Of a DNA stretch of 58,054 nucleotides, positions 9,231 through 18,293 are shown piece by piece. The stretch spans positions 1-58,054 of IMG/VR virus record IMGVR_UViG_3300036851_000122; one strand, given 5' to 3'. The DNA is from a virus (lineage: Duplodnaviria > Caudoviricetes). Within the stretch, counting starts at the first letter, position 1; each line of letters opens with the position of its first letter. The notes below the pieces were generated by a model that was not told where the DNA came from, searched no databases, and saw only the letters and a list, made by a program, of their open reading frames with translations. Made by a program: the position numbers and the translations under genes.

Positions 9231-10084
9231 TCCCCTTCTTCCCCGTGGACTTGATCTTCGTACTCTGCCTTCGAGGCTGTTGATTCTCCAAGACGAGTGG
9301 ACTCGTCCTTGATTTCGTTTTCGAGGTCCGTGATGGAGCCAATGCGTGGCTCTTCTTCGATCTGCTCTTCAAGCCTCGCGAGGCTGGCGTTCCAGTTGGC
9401 ACGATTAGTCTCCTGTTCAGATATCCGCATAGCCTCGTTGATGATAGCGTGAATCTTCTCATCTGGGGGCACCCAGCTTGGAGGCTTCCTGGCTTTGCCG
9501 GCTCCATCATAGACGGCGTAGCAGCGAGTGGCTTCAGGCCCAGTCAAGACGAGCGGGGCTCCCTCTGGGGCTACACACTTGGCTGACCAACCTTCCTTAC
9601 GTTTCTCGGTAATGGTCTGACATTCCTCGTATGTCCACAGCTTGGACATGTTGGCGTCCTGGACTGCCTGCCAGACCTTCGCGAGAGGAACGCCATACTC
9701 CAGTGCCCAGCCGATCGCGTAGTAAATCAGATCGACAATAGCATCGGCCATGCCAGCCATGTCCTGTTTCTCGTAGGCTTCGTCGAACTCATCGAGTTCC
9801 TCGTGCAGAACAGCCTTGCGGAATTCCTGGCGATTCTGTGGGGGAAAGGCACAGGTCTTGAGGACAGGGTGATGAAACGCTTTGTGAAACTCGAACACAT
9901 CGCCGAGTAAGTCAGGGACGCAACCGCCAAAGAGGTCGAGCTGCATCTTCTGACTCTGGCGATTGAACTCGTAGGCACTTTTGGTGCCGAACATTTGCTC
10001 CGTGATCTCCTTGGCGATCTGCCGCTCGCCAATTTGGTTAGGTTCTGGGTAACGATTGCCATCGAGGACGTTTGGATCAGCCAT
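9221..10084 (-). CDS. MazG-like (PRA-PH/DR2231-type) NTP pyrophosphohydrolase
   Basis: VFEFHKAF, EELDEF, ADAIVDLIYYAIG, VQDANMSK. Confidence 0.85.
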   Translation of the reverse strand: MADPNVLDGNRYPEPNQIGERQIAKEITEQMFGTKSAYEFNRQSQKMQLDLFGGCVPDLLGDVFEFHKAFHHPVLKTCAFPPQNRQEFRKAVLHEELDEFDEAYEKQDMAGMADAIVDLIYYAIGWALEYGVPLAKVWQAVQDANMSKLWTYEECQTITEKRKEGWSAKCVAPEGAPLVLTGPEATRCYAVYDGAGKARKPPSWVPPDEKIHAIINEAMRISEQETNRANWNASLARLEEQIEEEPRIGSITDLENEIKDESTRLGESTASKAEYEDQVHGEEGDTR

Positions 10085-10115
10085 GAGTGGTGTCTCCCAA
10101 ATGTGGTTGAGGAAC

Positions 10116-10409
10116 TTACGCTTGTGAAGTGCGGTCGTGTCCGAAACACTTCTTGTAGATGCAGACAACAGCCTCTTCGATCTGCTCCTTTGCTTTGAGG
10201 GCTTCTGCTGTCCATTCATAAAAGATCTCCGGAGGACGTTCTCCTGTTGGATCAATGTGTACGGAGAACTTGAGGTTGTCCATTATTCGCCCGAGCAGAT
10301 CGAATAGTGGCTTAGTAGCACGTTGGTAGTCGTGTAACTGACGAATGGTGGGTCTTTCAAACCCCCTTATACTTCCGTTTGCTCTGCTTGGGGTTGGCTC
10401 CTGGTTCAT
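10116..10409 (-). CDS. Hypothetical protein
   Basis: ORF with GGAGG RBS filling a gap in the operon. Confidence 0.4.
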   Translation of the reverse strand: MNQEPTPSRANGSIRGFERPTIRQLHDYQRATKPLFDLLGRIMDNLKFSVHIDPTGERPPEIFYEWTAEALKAKEQIEEAVVCIYKKCFGHDRTSQA

Positions 10410-11682
10410 AATCTTCCTCCGCGATAGGATAGGCAACACGCATGTACTTGTCAAACTCACATAGTGAAGATTCTACCTCGCGGAGCTCAAATAGGGGAAC
10501 GGCTGGTTTGGCTCCTGGGTAGAAAGGTAGTGGCTTGATGAGCGATTCAAGAGCTCCTCCCTTCTTGAGTTCTGGCTGACACAGGTTGAACAGTTGCTTC
10601 ATCTCCGACAACCAGTTGTAGCTTTCCTTCTGAAAGTACATAGGGCGACCGAACAGTCGATTGAGACCACGCATGGCTCCAGGCCCGGCATTGGCCCATT
10701 GGAGAGAATCATCATGCGAAATGGCGTTTGTGAACCTTAAGTCGCAGACAATCTCGTAGGCCAGGAAGCGACCGATAGCCGGGAAGCTCTGCAAGTATCC
10801 CCAAGCCGCTTGCATTTTGCGGATGCCAATATCCTCCACGTCTAACCCCTGAGCTACGTTGTCAATGCAGGTGATGACAGAGTTCAGCTTGTTAGAGCCG
10901 ACTCCGCTGGCAACTACATGAGCTCCAGTGAAGCATTGCTTGTGGTCCTTTAGGAGCTCATAGGCACGCTTGCCGTCCCAGTTGGTGAACAGGGAACCCT
11001 TTAACCAACGAGTAGCAGTCTTGGCATCAGGAACTTGATCACCAAGCTTCCAGTCAGTTTCTGTGTTGCTGCCAGTCAGCAAACTGATCGCCGTAGGTAC
11101 ATGGTTGAACCATCTAAAGATAACGGTGGCCAAAACCACAGCCGGGTTCCTCTGCAATGGGTTGCGGACAAATTCTCGGAACCATGTGGTATTCTTGTCA
11201 AGTTCCCGGAACACGTTACAGAAGAAGTTATCGCGGAGGGTAACGTCCTTTGTCCAGGGCTTAGGAGCACCAGCCATCCGTAGATGTTGCATCTGGTGAC
11301 GTTCGTTCATCCAATAGAAGAACTTGGCCAGTTTGTCTGGGTCTATCTTCTGGTTGGGGTCAGGTTTGAAGTGTCTCCTCTGGCGGGGCTCGCCATTCTG
11401 TGGGGAATGGGAACCGATACGGGTAGTCGTAACAGCCTTGGCGGAAAGGGCACGCTTGGGGAGGGAGATCTCGTCTCCCCATTCGCCGTCGAGAGAGTAC
11501 AAAGGGAAGAAAGTAAAGTCGTAGCGATTCTTGTTTCCTTCCTGGGTAAGAACTTTAGCAGCTAACCCATCGTTGTCCACCACCTCTGTAGGTTGCCAAG
11601 GAGATTCAGGAGACAGGCGATACCAATACCAGCCTGGGCTATTTGGTAGCGTGCGACTTACGACCTGAGTTGCTAGAGGCAT
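10357..11682 (-). CDS. aGPT-Pplase1 family (5-hmdU DNA-kinase helical-domain-like) DNA base-hypermodification protein, copy 1, with small N-terminal PGWYW domain
   Basis: FFYWMNERH, PWTKD..L...FFCNVFRELD, HhH-like IGRFLAYEIVCDL, GPGAMRGL, EVESSLCEFDKY. Confidence 0.85.
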   Translation of the reverse strand: MPLATQVVSRTLPNSPGWYWYRLSPESPWQPTEVVDNDGLAAKVLTQEGNKNRYDFTFFPLYSLDGEWGDEISLPKRALSAKAVTTTRIGSHSPQNGEPRQRRHFKPDPNQKIDPDKLAKFFYWMNERHQMQHLRMAGAPKPWTKDVTLRDNFFCNVFRELDKNTTWFREFVRNPLQRNPAVVLATVIFRWFNHVPTAISLLTGSNTETDWKLGDQVPDAKTATRWLKGSLFTNWDGKRAYELLKDHKQCFTGAHVVASGVGSNKLNSVITCIDNVAQGLDVEDIGIRKMQAAWGYLQSFPAIGRFLAYEIVCDLRFTNAISHDDSLQWANAGPGAMRGLNRLFGRPMYFQKESYNWLSEMKQLFNLCQPELKKGGALESLIKPLPFYPGAKPAVPLFELREVESSLCEFDKYMRVAYPIAEEDYEPGANPKQSKRKYKGV

Positions 11683-11896
11683 GATTGTTCTCCGAAGGTA
11701 GAAAGCCAATATGGTAAGGTTCAGTAACATACTCCAACTCTTCTGGATGTAACCACTGCTCGTAGCGAGTAGTTCCATCCCACCAGGAGCATTTGTACTT
11801 GATGCAGTCATCTGAAGAGATCAATACTTCCACGACAATAACGGTAAGGTGGTTTCCAGATTGTATGCGACTGCCCGGACGGTGGACGTTAAGCAT
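11639..11896 (-). CDS. Small YodC/DUF2158-like SH3-fold protein
   Basis: KYKCSWWDG....WLHPEELE pattern; GAGG RBS. Confidence 0.45.
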   Translation of the reverse strand: MLNVHRPGSRIQSGNHLTVIVVEVLISSDDCIKYKCSWWDGTTRYEQWLHPEELEYVTEPYHIGFLPSENNHASSNSGRKSHATK

Positions 11897-11898
11897 AA

Positions 11899-12600
11899 CT
11901 ACCTCATACAAAAGATCAGCCTGTCATAGAAGCCGGGGTACTTGTCACCTTCGTACTTCTGGTCCAGACTGGGGATATAACTGACAGTTCGGAACTGTGA
12001 CCGCAGGAACTTCATGCGACGGCGAAAGTTCTTCATACATGGGTCTTTGGTTAGGTGGTACTCCATGCAGACCTTGCGGGCTGGAGGGCACCACTCATCG
12101 TCTAGCATGAGGAGCTCGCTGCCCTCAATGTCTAACTTGCAGCCGTCCCACTGGTTGTAGCCGCGATCCTTGAACAGTTGGGAAACGTGTATGTTCGGTA
12201 CGATAGCATAGGGGCGGGTGGATTTTATTGCCGTATAACGATAGCGGTCATCAGCACGGGTGCCCTTGTAGAACTGGATAGTGTCTGCTTCGTGAACCGT
12301 CACAGCGGAGTTGTGGGCTGTGAAGCCCTTGAGCCCTTGGAGGTTTTTGCAGAGGATTTCAAAGTTTTCCCCATCTGGTTCGTAGCAGTCAGCAGTAGCA
12401 CCTAGGAAGTGGCAGTAAAGAGCAAACGCCCCAATGTTGGCACCTAGGTCTAACCAGTGTTCGCCTTCTTCTACCTCGAAGCCCAGCATGGCTTTCCGGT
12501 AGCACTGGCCATCTATCACCTCCTTGAGGACGCGTTCGTCGGAGGTGTCTGGGCGGTAGCGGACAGGTCTGTCGCGGATGGTTTGGACGGCTATCATCAT
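11899..12600 (-). CDS. FkbM-family SAM-dependent methyltransferase
   Basis: WLDLGANIGAF, YEPDGENF, KLDIEGSE. Confidence 0.9.
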   Translation of the reverse strand: MMIAVQTIRDRPVRYRPDTSDERVLKEVIDGQCYRKAMLGFEVEEGEHWLDLGANIGAFALYCHFLGATADCYEPDGENFEILCKNLQGLKGFTAHNSAVTVHEADTIQFYKGTRADDRYRYTAIKSTRPYAIVPNIHVSQLFKDRGYNQWDGCKLDIEGSELLMLDDEWCPPARKVCMEYHLTKDPCMKNFRRRMKFLRSQFRTVSYIPSLDQKYEGDKYPGFYDRLIFCMR

Positions 12601-12782
12601 CTGGTTCCTCTAAATCCTTCGGACCACTCTTTAGCCTGCCAAGGGGCATAGCTCCCCACATAAGGATTCGCCTGTTCATTCTTACCAGAATAGTAAGCCT
12701 CCACTCCCTCATAATATTCCTTCTGCTGGTTGTTAGCCTTTGGGAACAAAATTATCCAGAGTCTAGTAAAGAATTCCATCAC
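12597..12782 (-). CDS. Small hypothetical protein
   Basis: Overlapping start/stop with both neighbours; EG..AY....NPY....EW..GF pattern. Confidence 0.5.
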   Translation of the reverse strand: MMEFFTRLWIILFPKANNQQKEYYEGVEAYYSGKNEQANPYVGSYAPWQAKEWSEGFRGTR

Positions 12783-13768
12783 CTTACTCCTTGGTAGTTG
12801 CGTTTGATGTTACCGTCACACAAGCGGGCACGTTCGTACTTATCAAATTCGCAGAGGCTGTGTTCTATCTCCCGCATCTCCAGTACAGGCATCTTGGGGA
12901 TTATGTATGTTTTGCGTGGTGCTTTAACTTGACGCCCACCTATCTTTAGAGAATGTATAATCGGTTCCCCTTCCACCTGCCACTGCTTCGAGGGAAGGTA
13001 ATCCTTGCTAAGCCGCAATAGCTCACGCATCTTTTGGAGGGCACCTGGGAACTTTGGCGTTTCACCGCGAGCGTAGGAGACCATTGGGGTAGGGAACACT
13101 CTGTATAGTCCACGGTTGGCACCTGGGCCGAGGTTAGCCCACGTCAGCTTGTCAGGTGCGTTCTCCAAGATGTGCGTGTAGCGGAGGTCGCATACCACCT
13201 CGTAGGACATGAAAGGTCCCATTTGGGGGTATTGCATAAGCCGACTGGTAGCAACTTCCAGGCTCATTGGGTGAGACTTTGGGTTGTTGTCCACGAGGTC
13301 CAGGTATAACTGCTCGCGGTCCCTCCACACAAGGCTGAGGATATCAACGGCTGCCTCGATCTTGGGCATACCGTTGTAGAGCTTGATGATGTAGGCTCCT
13401 GTGAATACTTGCTTCTTGGCTGCCACCAGCTTGCGGAGTTCCTTCAGACAGACATGAGATTGCCAGGAATTCAGTAGGTTGTACTCCAGCAGCATGTTGC
13501 CGGTGCTAATCAGGTTGAATAGACGGAAGGCCAGGGTGCCAAAGAGGACATTCTTGTGGTCCTTCCACTTGTCGCGGTAGGCTTCACGGAACCAGACTGT
13601 TGTGCGGTCCATCTCCCTGTAGGGGTTGGTGAAGAAGACGGATTGCATGACAGGGTCTTTGCTCCAGGGCTTTGGGCAACCCTGCTGGCGGAGATGGTGG
13701 ATTTGGTAGCGTTCCTGTGTCCAGTAGAAGAAACGCTCTAGGGGGTCTTTGGGGATGCTAGGCAACAT
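12779..13768 (-). CDS. aGPT-Pplase1 family DNA base-hypermodification protein, copy 2
   Basis: FFYWTQERY, PWSKDP, FTNPYREMD, MGPFMSYEVVCDL, GPGANRGL, EIEHSLCEFDKY. Confidence 0.85.
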   Translation of the reverse strand: MLPSIPKDPLERFFYWTQERYQIHHLRQQGCPKPWSKDPVMQSVFFTNPYREMDRTTVWFREAYRDKWKDHKNVLFGTLAFRLFNLISTGNMLLEYNLLNSWQSHVCLKELRKLVAAKKQVFTGAYIIKLYNGMPKIEAAVDILSLVWRDREQLYLDLVDNNPKSHPMSLEVATSRLMQYPQMGPFMSYEVVCDLRYTHILENAPDKLTWANLGPGANRGLYRVFPTPMVSYARGETPKFPGALQKMRELLRLSKDYLPSKQWQVEGEPIIHSLKIGGRQVKAPRKTYIIPKMPVLEMREIEHSLCEFDKYERARLCDGNIKRNYQGVR

Positions 13769-16094
13769 TGAACTCCACTCCTTCATCAGCCTTCGACCAG
13801 TTCTGGCTATGGCGGCTGATCTCAACTGGGGTAGGGATGCCAATGGCGTCTCCGCTAGAGGCCATAATGCGGCCGATCTCTTCGATCACCTGTTTGTTAC
13901 GCTGGTGCTTGGGGAAATCGAAGTCCAGCTCGTCGTGGATGGTCATGATCATACGGTAGGTAGGTTCCCCTGCCTTGGGGCCTCCCCTACGAATGCGTTC
14001 GTTCAACGTCTTGAGGTACGTGTGGACACGATTTATGGCGAGAACCATGCACCATCCGGCAGTACCCTGGACATAGTAATTGACAGCAACGTGAGGTTCG
14101 GTGGGCGGAACCCAGAGACGGTATCCACCTTCGCACGTGATATAACCGTATGCCTTAGCCTCAGCATCCTTTTTCGCAAGGAAGTAATCGACCCGCGGAA
14201 GGTTTTTGCGGATGGCATCGTATCCTCCTGGACGGTGGTAAGTGCTATCAGCTTTATCACGACCTGCTCCGTACAGCAGAGCGAAGTTTCCGTTCTTGGT
14301 CCACTGGTAGAAAGTGGTCTTGTACTTCTTCTTGAAGAGGTCACCGGCCTTGTGGGTATCTCCACTAGCTTCCTTTCTGCACGCCGCGAACTCTGTGGGG
14401 AAAAGGATCTCAGCAAACACTAAGTGAACCGCGTAGCCGGTCTCGAACGTCTCGATCAGCTTTTGGTCCTCTGCCTTGTAGCTGAAGATTCTCATTTCAA
14501 TGTTGCTGTAGTCGATAGAGAACCACTCCCTGCCGGGCATTGGTCCAAAGATTTCTCGAAGGCTCGGAATCGGGTCATCATCTCGCTTACCGCCCTTTCC
14601 GATGTTCTGAGCATTGGGCTGGGAAGAGGAGAAACGTGTAGTGTCTGTTCCCGTTGGATTAAAAGATGGGTGTAGTAGGAGCCAGCCGGTGCCGTTGGGC
14701 ATTCCCCGAAGGATGTATTCTTCAAGGTAATCTCGGGACTTTTCTCTTCCTCTGAAGGCAAGCAGCTTCCAGATAAACTCATGCTGAAGCGTTCCTTGTA
14801 GCTCGGGGCGAATGAGGAGACTTTCGAGTGTCTTGGCGTCAGTGCTGTAGCCAGTAGCGGTACGCTTCCCAGGGCGTATCTTCCAAGTGCCATAGAGGAG
14901 ACCTTCTAACTGCTTCCAGGAAGCTAGATTGTCTATTTTGGCAACAGGGCGGTGGGCAAACCCCTTCTTGGGTTTGGCACCAGGAGCAGGAGCCTCACGG
15001 GCAATTTCAAAGCAGCGGCTCTCCAGAGTGGCAGCTTCCTTGGCCAGCTTTTTGTCCATTGATGAAAGGCGTTGGCGGCTGGCGGTTACGCCCATATGCT
15101 CCATCTCGTAGATGGCTTCTAGCAAACGACGGCGTTCTTCGTAGAGTGGTAGAAGGCCCTGTTGCTCCAGGGCTTCTAGCTGTAACCACCAGAGACCGTA
15201 GGTACGCTCAGCATCACGGAGGGCGTAGGTTTCCAGAACCGTCCACCAGGGATGGTCTTCTGGGTAGTTGTAGAAACGAGCTACTGCTCGCGGGAGCCAA
15301 GTGTCGAAGACCCACCAGCCAGCTTTGGGAGCCTTACGGGTAGCTGGGAAGTGAGGGTGGCCTCCATCCTGGGCTATGGCCCAACCTAACTTGCGACCGA
15401 TAAGGCGGGCTTCGTTGGTGGCATCCCGTAAGTCTTGTTGGTCGTCGTCACGGATGTTGAGATACTGTAGTCCTAGCTCTTTGAGACCGTGGGACTCGTT
15501 GGAGCAAAGTACATGGCTGGCAATGAGAGTGTCCTGACAGGTGCCTAAGTTAATGCGAGGCAGCCCCAGCATCTCTAGAGCACGAACGTCGAACTTTGTA
15601 TTGTGGAGTATAAAGTGATGTTCGGCTATTAGCTTCTTGAGCTCAGCTTTATCTGCTTTAGGTGGACCGTTTATCCACTTGTTGCAGGACATAAGGGCGT
15701 AGGGATTAGTAGGCAGCCCTTGGGGATTTGCCCAGTAGCCGACTTCTCGTGTCTTGGGGTTTACGTCCCACTGCCAGAAGGTTAGCTCACCTTCCTCGTC
15801 ACAAGTAGATACAAAGAAGGGTTTGCAGCCGTGCCACAAGTCAACGCCAGTGGTTTCAGTGTCGAGGGCAAGCTGCCGAAATAGTTGGCGTTTATTAGTT
15901 AACAGGGGGGCCGGGGCTTTTGTGGGAGAAAGACCAATACCGCCTTTGAGGGGTTTGGCAGTTTTGGGTGTGTGGCTCAGTTCTTTTTGTAGTTGATACA
16001 GCAGCTCCCCAACCCCTTCTGGGGTCAATGGCTTAGGAGCACGCTGGTCATCGGGCTTGGGATAGCGGAGCTTCTGGGCTGGTTTGGTTTTCAT
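13758..16094 (-). CDS. polA: Family A DNA polymerase with 3'-5' exonuclease, no 5'-3' exonuclease
   Basis: ExoI LDTETTG, HNTKFD; TTRFSSSQPNAQNI; motif A DYSNIEMR; motif B KNGNFALLYG; motif C TIHDEL. Confidence 0.95.
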   Translation of the reverse strand: MKTKPAQKLRYPKPDDQRAPKPLTPEGVGELLYQLQKELSHTPKTAKPLKGGIGLSPTKAPAPLLTNKRQLFRQLALDTETTGVDLWHGCKPFFVSTCDEEGELTFWQWDVNPKTREVGYWANPQGLPTNPYALMSCNKWINGPPKADKAELKKLIAEHHFILHNTKFDVRALEMLGLPRINLGTCQDTLIASHVLCSNESHGLKELGLQYLNIRDDDQQDLRDATNEARLIGRKLGWAIAQDGGHPHFPATRKAPKAGWWVFDTWLPRAVARFYNYPEDHPWWTVLETYALRDAERTYGLWWLQLEALEQQGLLPLYEERRRLLEAIYEMEHMGVTASRQRLSSMDKKLAKEAATLESRCFEIAREAPAPGAKPKKGFAHRPVAKIDNLASWKQLEGLLYGTWKIRPGKRTATGYSTDAKTLESLLIRPELQGTLQHEFIWKLLAFRGREKSRDYLEEYILRGMPNGTGWLLLHPSFNPTGTDTTRFSSSQPNAQNIGKGGKRDDDPIPSLREIFGPMPGREWFSIDYSNIEMRIFSYKAEDQKLIETFETGYAVHLVFAEILFPTEFAACRKEASGDTHKAGDLFKKKYKTTFYQWTKNGNFALLYGAGRDKADSTYHRPGGYDAIRKNLPRVDYFLAKKDAEAKAYGYITCEGGYRLWVPPTEPHVAVNYYVQGTAGWCMVLAINRVHTYLKTLNERIRRGGPKAGEPTYRMIMTIHDELDFDFPKHQRNKQVIEEIGRIMASSGDAIGIPTPVEISRHSQNWSKADEGVEFNVA

Positions 16095-16125
16095 TGGAGC
16101 GAATGTCCATCGTTTGAGTAGAAAT

Positions 16126-16368
16126 TTACTTCAGTTCTTCTAAGCCAGAACGGAGGCGTTGTGTAGCCTTGGTCGCGTCTTTACCAGCAGCTATAGACTC
16201 CCCAGCTAACAGTCGATCCATCGTCTCCGTGCTTTCGCCATCTACAGTCCACACTAACCCTAGAAGCATTCCTGAAAGGAGTTGCAGTTGCCCATCTGAG
16301 AGCCCTTCTCTGAGTATCTTCTGACGAATAGTCTTCCGGGCATCATTGATCTGCTGTTCAGTTTTCAC
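16126..16368 (-). CDS. Hypothetical protein
   Basis: ATG ORF coupled to its neighbour. Confidence 0.55.
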   Translation of the reverse strand: MKTEQQINDARKTIRQKILREGLSDGQLQLLSGMLLGLVWTVDGESTETMDRLLAGESIAAGKDATKATQRLRSGLEELK

Positions 16369-16712
16369 TTCACTTCCTCCACGTTAGCAACAGGTTCGTA
16401 GTGGAAACGGCGGCCAAAGGCGTTCTCCTCTGGCAGTTTGATTATCAGGTACTCCCCGTCTTTGTTGGTGTCACCGTGGCAAGAATCGGCACCAGTAACC
16501 ACGCCCTGGATTGGCTTGTCCTTCACCTTTACCTTCTTACCGTGCCACTGGTCATACAGGTCGGAAATTGGACCTAGCTGGGGTTTGGCATCATCCAAAC
16601 TAGGTGGTGGTTGGATAACTGTATATGGAGGTAGCGTGGCTCCACAGTCACGGCATTCAACCTCCCCGTTGAGAGGGAACGTGCGGCACACTTGGCAGTG
16701 GGGACGGGACAT
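16365..16712 (-). CDS. Hypothetical Zn-ribbon protein
   Basis: CQVC...CRDC N-terminus. Confidence 0.55.
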   Translation of the reverse strand: MSRPHCQVCRTFPLNGEVECRDCGATLPPYTVIQPPPSLDDAKPQLGPISDLYDQWHGKKVKVKDKPIQGVVTGADSCHGDTNKDGEYLIIKLPEENAFGRRFHYEPVANVEEVK

Positions 16713-16715
16713 TGA

Positions 16716-17174
16716 TCAACCCTCAAGGTCAAAACGGTAGTTGGAAGCGATATTAGCAGCAGCTAGGAAATCAGGAAATGGGCCACTTAGGTCAAAGGGA
16801 CTGATGATCGTTCGGCTATAGACCTTGGCCAGTGCTTGACCTCGCCTATAGTCCAGGACACAGCAAATGATCGGGTGATCTAACACCCTACGAGCGAATA
16901 GTTGGAGCACTGCTTCGTATTCTGGGGAAATCATGGCGGGCTTCACTTCAAAGTACATAGTGACCTTCTGACCGTCCGTGTAGAAGACCACTTTGAAATC
17001 GGGGGTGTAGGTCCAGCCTTTCTGTGGGAGAAGAAACTCCTTAGGTTCGTAGGTGAACGATAAGACATTAGTGCAGTTGTCCAACGTACAAGCAAACCGA
17101 GCCTCCAGGCGACTGCGATAGAGAATACCGCGGTAGCGGGTTGGCTTCGGCTCTATGTGGAGTTTCCTAGACAT
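16716..17174 (-). CDS. PD-(D/E)XK endonuclease
   Basis: YRSRLEARFA, YEP, YTPDF, YFEVKP. Confidence 0.8.
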   Translation of the reverse strand: MSRKLHIEPKPTRYRGILYRSRLEARFACTLDNCTNVLSFTYEPKEFLLPQKGWTYTPDFKVVFYTDGQKVTMYFEVKPAMISPEYEAVLQLFARRVLDHPIICCVLDYRRGQALAKVYSRTIISPFDLSGPFPDFLAAANIASNYRFDLEG

Positions 17175-17265
17175 AATAAGAAGCCCCGTTTGGGGACGTG
17201 CTACGGGACCAGAGCACGCTATGACCGCGAGTACGGCCGTCCCACCAACAGACAGCCCATCAGCC

Positions 17266-18117
17266 CTACGCTTCCAGCTTCTCAAAGCGGACGTTGTTCA
17301 GCACCAGAGGCTTCTGGCCCTTCTTGGGCTTGGCCTTCTGGGTAAGCTGGACCTTCCCCTTCTCCTCGTTAACCTTGGTGACGGTGAACCGCTGGGTTTC
17401 TCCCTTATAGGTGTAACCGTACTCGTCCTTCAGTTGTGGGACGTAGCCAGCATCATCGTCGTTGGCGGGCACAACACCATCATCTTCTGCAACTACGTCG
17501 TCAGCAGGGTCGGGTTCTGTTGGAGCAGCGGGGGCAGCTCTACGTTTTGAGCCGCCGCCAGAACCGTTGGCAGAGGTGGCTGGAGCGGCACGGCGGGATT
17601 CACGGCCGGCATCCTCACCGGCTCCCTGTTGTGGTTCGTCAGCGTAACCGTCGGCTGGTCCCTGGATGAACACGTTGGGGGCCTTGCCACCCTTCCGTTC
17701 GGCACCCGTATTGAGGAGCAGGTGGACACCACGTTCGCAGAGGTCGTCAAGGCAGGCGGGAATCTGGTCGATGTCATCGGGGAGCTCAACACCTGCCAGG
17801 GCGAGGTCGTTGGCCATCATTTCGAGGCATTCGTCAACCGTGTTGTACTCCGAATCGTTGATGAACCAAGAGATGGTTGCCCGGCGGCCTTCCAGTTCTG
17901 CGTCATCCTTGATGATGCACGTGAGGGTAAAGTACGGGTCTCCCTTCTGAGTGGCGGCAAACTTCCAGTGTTTGCAGACGCCAACGATGTTCTTCAAGCG
18001 AGGGGGGAGACCGCCTCCTCCTCGGGCTTTAGGTTCCACATTGCGGGCTTGCTCCCAGCCACCCTTGGACTTACGCTTGAGGTCGTTGAGCAGTTGGGCA
18101 CGAGTCTTTTCAGCCAT
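17266..18117 (-). CDS. Putative single-stranded DNA-binding protein (DUF669-like)
   Basis: Follows the AAA_24 ATPase; OB-like beta strands (KGDPYFTLTCII) and an acidic/Ala-Pro linker. Confidence 0.55.
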   Translation of the reverse strand: MAEKTRAQLLNDLKRKSKGGWEQARNVEPKARGGGGLPPRLKNIVGVCKHWKFAATQKGDPYFTLTCIIKDDAELEGRRATISWFINDSEYNTVDECLEMMANDLALAGVELPDDIDQIPACLDDLCERGVHLLLNTGAERKGGKAPNVFIQGPADGYADEPQQGAGEDAGRESRRAAPATSANGSGGGSKRRAAPAAPTEPDPADDVVAEDDGVVPANDDDAGYVPQLKDEYGYTYKGETQRFTVTKVNEEKGKVQLTQKAKPKKGQKPLVLNNVRFEKLEA

Positions 18118-18155
18118 GTTAATAAACTCCAGAATGGTAACAAGGAACAGTAAAA

Positions 18156-18270
18156 GGAGCCTCCCACTGTGCAGCTCGATCCGCGGTTTGCTCGGCATAC
18201 GCCGATAACACAGAGGCCGAAGAACGTCGTGGACCCAATCATCTGCTTGACGGTGCCGAAGCGAGGCTCC
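18156..18270 (-). promoter_or_regulatory. Structured RNA leader upstream of the SSB-like gene
   Basis: GGAGCCTC/GAGGCTCC closing stem with internal GC-TTCG-GC, TCGGC-GTAT-GCCGA and CTGTG/CACAG helices. Confidence 0.5.
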
Positions 18271-18293
18271 AGAATAGAAACAGGAAATAGAGC

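Noticed and set aside
5841-16094. 7-deazaguanine, dZ or glucosyl-hmC modification pathways
   Set aside because: No recognisable Que/DpdA, PurZ or glycosyltransferase genes, and the TS homolog has the dUMP-type Asn
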